From contig OX597819.1 of NCBI GenBank assembly GCA_951406725.2, forward strand, positions 22,630,001 through 22,694,000: a stretch of 64,000 nt of DNA. The letters are read 5' to 3'. The notes beneath the pieces are model-generated. The model saw only the letters and a list, made by a program, of their open reading frames with translations, was not told where the DNA came from and did not search any database. Shown here one piece after another: positions 54,675-64,000 of the stretch. Position 1 is the stretch's first letter; the number at the start of each line of letters is the position of its first letter. Source of the DNA: Octopus vulgaris. Lineage: Eukaryota. Made by a program: the position numbers and the translations under genes.

Positions 54675-55066
54675 TTCGTTTTTGGATTTGGTTTGCAAGA
54701 TTCTTTTTATGAGTTCGTGTGTTGAAGCATATTTTGTCGTGTCTGTGGAGAGTCATTCTCTTTTAGTGCCTTATAATATAACACACCCACCGGTAAAATT
54801 TCCACTTATTTCTTACTTTTATTCTCAAAAATTTTCGTTGCGTATTGCAACCTTTTCAATAGTCTTGACTCAGTCCGTTATTTACATGCGTTCCCTTTTG
54901 TTTGTTTGTGCGCATGTGTAAATAACGGACAGAGTCAAGACTATTGAAAAGGTTGCAACACACAACGAAAATTTTAGAGAATAAAAATAAGAAGTGGAAA
55001 TTTTACCGCTGAGTGTGTTATATTATAAGGCACTAAAAGAGAATGACTCTCCCCAGACACAACACA
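54675..55066. mobile_element. Fold-back element with ~155-bp arms
   Basis: gtgtctgtggagagtcattctcttttagtgcc...gtccgttatttaca / tgtaaataacggac...ggcactaaaagagaatgactctccccagacac. Confidence 0.85.
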
Positions 55067-55922
55067 ATCTAGTCTTTAGTTTTCCAGAACATGTTCTAAT
55101 TAGAATGTGTTTGAATATAACTGCGATAACTTAACAAAAATCCATGAGTTTCTTTTAAAGAATGCATTGCAATGCTACAATATGCTTAACTTACCTTAAA
55201 ACTCCCGAGTGACTGCTGAATTATCGATGATTAGATTTATATAGTGCTGTAAAAATAACTCACGGTATGCTAGGGTCACAATGCACAGATGTCACATGCA
55301 TGTGACATATTGAAATCATAAAACTTACTTTTTATTAGAATCTGTATTTATCATTTTAACGAAACAAATATATAGCATAATTTTAAGTATACAATGACAT
55401 GTTCATTGTTTCTCTTGCATTTTGGAATATTCTTCGTAACAGCCACTCCGTCGGTTACTTCAGCGGAACAACGTGCCAGTGAAATTAACAAGCACTCCTC
55501 AGACACACGTACCCTTAACGTAATTCTCAGGTAGAATCAACGTGACACGCAATGTGAAAAGGCCGGCCCATTGCAATACATGTGCTATTCAATTTTGTCG
55601 GCTACGTAGAACTGAGCAACCTGAAATGGAGTGACCTCCTCCAGAGTACAACTCACCGTTGAGAACTGAACTCACGACATTATGATCTGTGAGCCGAATA
55701 ACCTAAACATTAAGCCACGCACCTTCACGCTTTTGTTCTTAAACTCGTATACGCGAGTTCACACCCACACATATTCACATATATGATATACATAGTGATA
55801 TTTATAGTTTGTATCTGTGTGAGTGTGTGTGTGTGTGTATACTTGTGTGCATATATGCGTATATGCATGCATATGTTATCTATGTATCATTTTATATGTG
55901 TGTCTATCTCTCTCTCTCTCTC

Positions 55923-56012
<90 letters not shown>

Positions 56013-56021
56013 TTCAGTAAT

Positions 56022-56056
<35 letters not shown>

Positions 56057-56809
56057 TAAAAAAACACCTTTTATCAATTCAAAATGAAAAATTAAATTAA
56101 ACCATCTAGAAAATTACATATAAGGGAGGTGACTGCATCCAGGAGAACAAAAAGGATGGAGAAAGCACCTAGGACCCAACAAAAGACACAACTGAGAGAC
56201 CTGCAACCAAGGGAAACAATGGCACATGTCCAGCTCCCAACACAACTGAAGACCAAAGAGGTGTGATGGCTGCAAAAATGGAAAGCACCCTAAAATCGAC
56301 GGAAACCAAGAGGTAAAAGAAAAAAAAAGAAAACAACAAACACTGTTCAGAAAAAAAACAGAAGAACCACAGCAAGAGCTACGCGGGCAAAAGCAGGAGC
56401 ATCTTCAAATTCTAGCTGAAAGGAGACTGTTGGCATGGCGACGATGGTGCAAACTGTCGTTTTGCACGTCAGAAGCCCTGCCAAAATCCTATGGACCCAA
56501 GACAAAAATCTCTTCCACGGGGAGAACAAAGAGAAAAAGAAAAATATCAAAGAAAGAAAAAATGGCGCACTGACTACTCCTGAAAGACGATATGCGGAAG
56601 TAGTGCTCGGTCCAAAAAAGATACTGCATAGCCCAACAAATGGCCAGCTTCACCCACATCGCATTTCGAAAATTTTTAGTCGAAGTAATCAAACTCAGTA
56701 CTTATTGTTTTAAAGCCTGGTGCTTATTCTAAGGGTGTCTTTTGCCGAAATTCTACGTTACGGGGGCATGATTACAGCAACATCTGTTGCCAAGCGGTAT
56801 CGAAGAAAA

Positions 56810-57230
56810 AGGCGGCAAGCTGGCAGAAACGTTAGTACGCCGGGCAAAATGCTTAGCGTTATTTCGTCTGCCGCTACGTTCTGAGTTCAAATTCCGCCGA
56901 GGTCGACTTTGCCATTCATCCTTTCAGGGTCGATTAAATAAGTACCAGTTACGCACTGGGGTCGATATAATCGACTTAATCCGTTTGTCTGTCCTTATTT
57001 GTCCTCTCTGTGTTTAGCCGCTTGAGGGTAGTAAAGAAATAGGTATTTCGTCTGCTGCTACGTTGTGAGTTCAAATTCCGTCGAGGTCGACTTTGCCTTT
57101 CATCCTTTCGGGGTCGATTAAATAAGTACCAGTTACGCACTGGGGTCGATATAATCGACTTAATCCGTTTGTCTGTCCTTGTTTGTCCCCTCTGTGTTTA
57201 GTCCCTTGTAGGTAGTAAAGGAATAGGTAT
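56810..57230 (+). mobile_element. SINE family C with tandemly duplicated body
   Basis: Head aaggcggcaagcTGGCAGAAACG..., B-box gagttcaaattcc; the body repeats from about 57044. Confidence 0.88.
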
Positions 57231-57819
57231 TGAAGAAAAAACCCAGACACAAAGGCAGACGCACGCGCGTATATATCTCAATAATACTAAAACTCTAGAG
57301 ATATTTATCCGAAATATCTTAGTTGATTTTTTTATATGCATTTTTATGCATACCTTCAGCAGTGCAGTAGAGAATTTGGGTGACTTTTGCACCACTATTT
57401 ATTAATGAAAACGATTAAACACAATTTTTGCTTATTTCTTGACAAAAAGACATGGCTTCCGTGACGTCAAGACACATACAGGACACACACATATAATGAA
57501 TATCATGGCGTGTCGAACAAAAACACAGACTTCGCGCTCTCTAAGAAAAAATACTCGACTTTTTGACGTGCACAATATCTTAATCATTTAGAAATATTTT
57601 TTTACTGAATATGATTTCAAAAATGCAAGTTGTTTGTACTGTAAATATTTATATTTAACTTTCTTTAAACAGACAATATCTTAATGTGTTTTTTTAATTA
57701 TTTTCAAGTCGTTAATTTTCGTGAAAAATTTTCATTTATTTACTTTTGTTTTAAGGTGAAAGACAGGGGAAAGTGGAAGATTATGTACGCGTATATGAAA
57801 TGGGTATGTTTGTATGTGT

Positions 57820-58110
57820 GAAAGAGAGAGAGAGAAAGAGAAAGGAAGAGAGAGAGAGGAAAGAGAGAGAGAAAGAGATAGGAAAAGAGAGAGAGAAGGA
57901 GAAAAGAGAGAGAGAAAGATAAAGGAAGAGAGAGAGAGAAAAGAGAAAGAGAAAGAGATAGGAAAAGAGAGAGAGAAGGAGAAAAGAGAGAGAGAAAGAG
58001 AAAGGAAGAGAGAGAGAAAAGAGGGAGAGAAAGAAAAAGGAAGAGAGAGAGAAAAGAGAGAGAGAGGAAGAGAAAGGAAGAGAGAGAGACAAGAGAGAGA
58101 AGAGAGAAAG
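57820..58110. repeat. GA-rich polypurine repeat
   Basis: Direct reading of the sequence. Confidence 0.9.
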
Positions 58111-58156
58111 AAATTGAGTGAGTGAACGTGTGTTCTCATGTATGTGTAAGTGCCAT

Positions 58157-58187
<31 letters not shown>

Positions 58188-58198
58188 ATCTTTCACAC

Positions 58199-58242
<44 letters not shown>

Positions 58243-58479
58243 GCATCTATTTCACATATACGTTCATACATCTTTCATTTTCTCTTCTCTTTCACTTTAA
58301 AACAAAAATAAATAAATTTTTTTAAAATTACGGAAATTAACGAACAAAACCAGCTTTTCCGGATGACAGCTTTGAGAGCCAAAGCGAAGGATCGCCCCAT
58401 GGGAATACTATTACATGTGTTTTTTTTTTTTTTGAAGTGCATTCAACTTATCTCAGCTCCAAAGATGTGGCTGCTAACA

Positions 58480-59380
58480 ACACCTTTTACAAAATTATTA
58501 CGAAGTGGTTCAGGGAAATGTGGGTCAGAGAACTCCTTTACACAGACGACTCAGCGATCGTGGCCAGCAGCATAGAGGACATACAACACATTGTGAACCG
58601 GTTTTCTTGTGCAATAGACATGACTATTCTCAAGATCAACATATCGAGGTCTGACCTGCTCTATCATTCCCCGCCAAGTTGTCCTAAGAGATCTAGAGTC
58701 CGAACCAGTGGCAGCACACGGAGAACCCCTAAGGTACACAGAGACCATTATCTATCTCAGCAGTACAGAGTCCTGTATTAAGTGTTCTGACTTCGAAGTT
58801 AAGGAGAGGAGTAGAATCTATGAAACCGCCATGGGATTGCCTGCAACACGAATATAATGGTGTACAGAGCTGCAGTCTTCCCTTGCCTCTTCTACGTTAC
58901 AGAACGCATGGCCCTACCGCAGGCACATCAAGGCCCTTCTGTAGAGGTTCTGTCCCATGCTAGCTCAGTTAATGTGGAGGCCCTCATTACCTCATTGTAG
59001 GTGCGCTGGGCAGGACATATTTGCTGGACGGAGAAAAACAATAGCAGTTTTTTTTTACGCTAAACTGCGTGAGGGTTGGAGAATATGTGGTGGTCATAAG
59101 TTGCGATACAGCGATGAGCTGAAGAGATGAAGAGCTCCTGTATTTCGCAGACAGTTGGGAAGAGGAGAGCCTGCGTTGCGATGAAAGACACTAATCGCTG
59201 CAGCTTGTAATCACAGCTATTGAGGAGGAGCAACACAGAGAATACAAGAGACAATGCGAAAGAACACATGAAATGCGTCACTTGTTCGTTGCGTCAAGTA
59301 ATTTCACCTGCAGTAGATGTCTTCTCAGCTGGAGATCAAGTACAGGCCTTGTAGCCCACATGCCAGCCTGCCGGACATGA
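58480..59380 (+). mobile_element. Decayed RTE-clade LINE 3' region
   Basis: ELLYTDDSAIVASSIEDIQHIVNRFS..LKINIS matches the RT YADD region; later pieces resemble YRAAV.P.L.Y and RWAGHI. Confidence 0.7.
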
Positions 59381-59689
59381 TTTTTGAACAGAAGAGTAAG
59401 CACAGCACTAACACAACGACGATGATGAGGCTGTAGAAATTAGTGCAAAAGTAACGGGACACAACTCTCGCTAAATCAAAAATTTATTTTAAGTTCCGTC
59501 CCCTTATTGTTCAGCGTTTATGGTATAGATGTGTGAGCGTACGTGTGCGTGCACGTGCGCGCGCGCGCGCGCGTGTGTATTAAGAAAAAGGAAGTAGTCA
59601 GAATTTTGGATAATTCTTTATCGCTTACATAGCACTAAATAGGTTTTTTTATAATGTCTACTTGAATATGCCGACTAGTTCTTATAAAT

Positions 59690-61340
59690 GTTTCCAATCT
59701 GCAAAACATGTATTCGTTCATCGCTGTTGAGCCCTCAAGCTTTCAACCACCCACACTGTGGTTTAACCTTCCGGTCTCTTTCCAAAAAGATATCCACGCA
59801 CTTTGCGGAATCTCATTTTCCTCCACTTCTCAAAAACGATGTTTCTGTCACGTGTATTCTCATAGTGAGAGCGCTACATTTGAAAGGTGGAAACTTTGTA
59901 TCTAACTTCACTCCACACTTGTCTAATCTGCTCCAAATCTATTCCTATATATGCAAAAATAACCTGACATTTACAAAGATGCTACAATGTGTAAGATTTC
60001 AAAGAGGGGAAGTCAACCATTCTCAGCCTACCATTAATAGTCCTAATGCATTCATTTGCTTAAGATATAATAAGAAGCTATTAACAATGATGTTCTGCAA
60101 CACCTTCAGTCTTTCATATCAATGATCTACAGGATACCTACACCCTGTACTCTTATATTGACCTCTAGCATGCTTTCGTGTACAGAAGTTTATTGAAAGC
60201 AGTCTTGTTTCTGGTGATATCAGTAACTGTTTCGGCATCACTCTTCTATGCGAATATCATAGAAACATCTAGCATGTATTTGAGTTCCATTCCAGGTTAC
60301 CTTTTAGATCTGCAAATTTCTATTAGATCGCACCATCATGCCTTGTATTTACACAACGCTTTCTGGTCTATACTTAATCAACTCAAGTCTGCCCCAGGTT
60401 CAGTTTTCTCCCATTTACTCATTTCTCTATATTAAAATCTACCTACAAAATATCCACTTTACGTATATCCCCTTGATTTCTCCATACGTTATCCAGCCAC
60501 GCATTATCAATATGCTGCCTAGATATTACACTGCCAACCTGTACTGGTTCTATGAATTCATCTTGAAATGAGTATTTGCCATTTTTATTTCTTTTAAAAG
60601 CAAAAATACTCAAGCCCTAACTATATCAAGACGCAGTACATACTCTCCAGATATAAGCACCACTCATCTGAAGCTCTTGAAGACCACTCCAAGTGTTAGG
60701 CCTCACTATCTCTAAAGCTTTCTCCTGAGGAAAGTACATCCTTAACATGGATTGCTGCACATTTCAAAACTGGCCCTCTCTTCAGGCTCAGAAAACATTT
60801 CGACTTCCAACTATTACTGATATTCTTCTAAGTGTATGTGAGAATAAGAATGAGGTATTGCTACCGCATCCAGAACAGTGCTTCTACAAATCACAAAATT
60901 GTATTGAACCACATCCATTCGGCTGGCTGACAAAATCATTCACAGGCATGTTCCACCCTCTGGTCCACAGGTCTGCCTTCTTATCTCTCTGTTTTATCCT
61001 ACTGCTACTATAATGCCCTGTATTAGTTAGTTGGCTGTTCTTGTACCTGCTTCGATCGGTCGCTTTCAGTCCAATGATCCCTTCTCTTCTGGCACCCTGA
61101 GTTGTTTCCATTCCCAACAGACTCTGCAGTAGTCACTGCACCCAATCTATTCTACCAAGAATATTGGTCTTCTGGAATTTCCTTACTACTTATGTATTTC
61201 CTGAAGATTCCATCTTACACTAGTGTAATCGAAACATTAACTGTTTCAATCTTGAAGGTTTCGGATGCCTTGCAAATGTCCTCGATATAATCATTTCCAG
61301 TAGAAACAACAAATAAAACAGCATTGGTGATATTGGCCAA
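59690..61340 (-). mobile_element. Highly decayed LINE RT region
   Basis: Reverse complement gives DYIEDIC (about 61270-61295) and KYLGSIL (about 60505-60530). Confidence 0.4.
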
Positions 61341-61587
61341 AAACTTACTCTCTTTACTCGTTACAGTTATTTGACTGCGGCCATGCTGGAGCACCGCCTT
61401 TAGTCGATCAAATCGACCCGAGGACTTATTCTTTGTAAGCCTAGTACTTATTCTATCAATCTCTTTTGCCGGACCGCTAAGTTACGGGGACGTAAACACA
61501 CCAGCATCGGTTGTCAAGCGATGTTGGGGGGACAAACACAGACACACACACACACACATACACACACACACACATATATATATATAT

Positions 61588-62546
61588 TGTTACGGAATCA
61601 CCCGTCGCCGCTCGCCCGAACGGGCAAGTTCGCCACGGAACCCAGAGAGAGGAGAGATACAACAACAACAACAGCAGCACAGAGAGATACAGAGAGGCAA
61701 CCGAGAGAGACACAAACGGCAAGGCAACAACTGGCTTACATTTAACAACTAGTTTATGGCAATCAATTGTTACACATCAAATACATTTAAAGGAGACATT
61801 TAAAGGAGGACATGCACGTGACAACTCAATACATCATACAACAGATCAAAGCATTTAAACATGCAAGTAACAATATAACAGTCCGGAGACAACAGTTCTA
61901 TTTCAAAGGTACACGTCCGAAGACACATTAAAGGCCTAACAGTTTAATTGTTCATTATACAATGTTCGTATCACAACAATTCACGTTACAATTCAAAGTC
62001 TTTAACGACTACATCAGAGTCCTTCTTTTTCTCTCTCTTTCGTCTTTCTCTTTCTTCTTTCTCTTTTTTCTTTTACATCGTAACACGTATCAATACAATT
62101 AAATACTTTAATTCCTAATTGAATAGCCAGTGTCCCATATTGTAGTTTCTCTCTCTCAGTGCTGCTAGCTCCAACTTGCCAAGCTCTCGCATCCCAACCG
62201 CTTGCCCTGACTTCCAAAATCCGACTGCCCTTATGACTACTCTCAATCTGACTCTTAGCCTTATACTCTCTCTATCCCGCCTGGTCCTATGTCCCTATCT
62301 TTATCGGCGCTGCCGCTGTCATCCTCTCTATCTGCTCTCAGATTCCTTACTCTATCTTTCTCACTACTTTCCTCTTCCTCTTCTTCGAGGGGTGTCTAGA
62401 ACGACCTCCAATCGACCGCACAAGGCCAAAGGTCCCCCCAAAAGCCACTACTCTTCCAGTAAACAAAGGGCTGTCGCTTTTTACTCAAGACCTGCCGGCG
62501 CCACTCCCACAAAGTGGGTCAAGAAATACTGCACTAGCCAAACCAT

Positions 62547-62550
<4 letters not shown>
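61588..62550. mobile_element. Putative solo LTR-like insertion
   Basis: Starts TGTTACGG. Candidate inverted ends are CGTAACA (62079-62085) or CCATAATA (62543-62550). No ORF. Confidence 0.4.
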
Positions 62551-62597
<47 letters not shown>

Positions 62598-62601
<4 letters not shown>

Positions 62602-63776
62602 ATAAAGGGTTAAATGCAACAAGTTGCTCAAAACCACATACCGAAAATATTAGAAATAGCAGCCAAAATCGGTCAGTATTTCCTCTACTAGTAAAAAGTC
62701 TCCACAAACAAACAGAATTTGTAAGCTGTATATGGCAAAAAAAGGCAGAAAAATAACGAAAACCCAGCCTCTGGATTAATTATAGCCGACTCGTTTCTGG
62801 ATTAGAACCGAAGGTTCATTTCCTTGTCAATATAATATTTCGTATAGATCTAGAAATGCTAGGGGAAAAAACTTACCCGTTACACCAGTACGATCTGCTA
62901 CATCGGAGGGCTTAACGGAACTGCTAGCATTCGTACATCTATACCGACATGCGAATTCATATTTCCCTCCAAAATCTACCACGTGAGCCACAAAAACATT
63001 ACCAACGAAACGAAAAATTCGGAGATAACTTGTAAGGGAGCAAAAGTATTCAATATTCAATAAAGGGTGGAATATAATTAATTTAATAAAATTAATCAAT
63101 TTCACCTAGTAGATTTGTCGGTATGGAAAAGACCATATTTGGTAAGGGTTATAATAATTATAATAAAGGGTTAAATGCAACAAGTTGCTCAAAACCACAT
63201 ACCGAAAATATTAGGAATAGCAGCCAAAATTGGTCAGTATTTCCTCTACTAGTAAAAAGTCTCCACAAACAAACAGAATTTGTAAGCTGTATATGGCAAA
63301 AAAAGGCAGAAAAATAACGAAAACCTAGCCTCTGGATTAATTATAGACGACTCGTTTCTGGATTAGAACCGAAGGTTCATTTCCTTGTCAATATAATATT
63401 TCGTATAGATCTAGAAATGCCAGGGGAAAAAAATTACCCGTTACACCAGTACGATCTGCTACATCGGACGGCTTAACGGAACTGCTAGCATTCGTACATC
63501 TATACCGACATGCGAATTCATATTTCCCTCCAAAATCTACCACGTGAGCCACAAAAACATTACCAACGAAACGAAAAATTCGGAGATTACTTGTAAGGGA
63601 GCAAAAGTATTCAATATTCAATAAAGGGTGGAATATAATTAATTTAATAAAATTAATCAATTTCACCTAGTAGATTTGTCGGTATGGAAAATACCATATT
63701 TGGTAAGGGTTATAATAATTATAGGTGAAATTGATTAATTTTATTAAATTAATTATATTCCACCCTTTATTGAATA
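62598..63776 (-). mobile_element. Tandem 561-bp dimer plus short inverted terminal copy (PLE pLTR-like architecture)
   Basis: 62598-63158 is nearly identical to 63159-63720 (ORFs 62827 and 63388 are 561 apart). 63722-63776 is the reverse complement of about 63614-63669. Both flanks are (TA)n. Confidence 0.75.
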
Positions 63777-64000
63777 TATATATATATATATATACATATA
63801 CGACGGGCTTCTTTCAGTTTCCGTCTACCATATCCACTCTTTGGTCGGCCCGAGGCTATAGTAGAAGACACTTGCCCAAAGTGCCACGCAGTGGAACTGA
63901 ACCCGGAACCATGTGGTTGATAAGCAAGCTACTTACCACACAGTCACACCTGCGCTTATCAAATAATTTTATTGGTGTTATCTCTCTCACTCGTTGTTTC

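Larger units (their letters stand above)
61347..63955 (-). mobile_element. SINE family A split by nested insertions in its central (TA)n
   Basis: The tail half (61347-61587) and head half (63795-63955) join into a copy colinear with 36060-36483. Confidence 0.85.

Noticed and set aside
57455-57470. TGACGTCA (CRE) next to an ETS-like motif as a promoter
   Set aside because: A single 8-mer is expected by chance in 64 kb, and there is no other promoter evidence.
62827-63666. Duplicated 92-aa ORFs as a tandem gene pair
   Set aside because: They lie inside the 561-bp repeat unit and have no recognisable motif.

Overview
AT-rich, repeat-dense eukaryotic DNA. The SINE families, (TA)n/(AAT)n density and Penelope content look like an octopus genome; this is my inference, not a search result. 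There are no prokaryotic features and no CRISPR array. The window holds three kinds of content. (1) Penelope-like retroelements (PLEs; RT plus GIY-YIG), one with a ~430-codon uninterrupted frame, plus a decayed Tc1 transposon, a mariner MITE, Helitron-like elements, LINE relics and three tRNA-derived SINE families. (2) About a dozen type-I minimal hammerhead ribozyme (HHR) motifs from several unrelated families, in short non-coding elements that are often fold-back and often inserted in (TA)n. The most striking is a TSD-flanked head-to-head dimer of a [tRNA-like Pol III head]-(AAT)n-[hammerhead/pLTR-like tail] unit at 30947-31629, a candidate Penelope-mobilised SINE-ribozyme. (3) Short minus-strand exons that the ORF track does not resolve (5369-5303, 4593-4468, possibly 4316-4238); they splice in phase into a signal peptide followed by a Cys-rich domain. 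Almost all other ORFs in the track are microsatellite or SINE artefacts.
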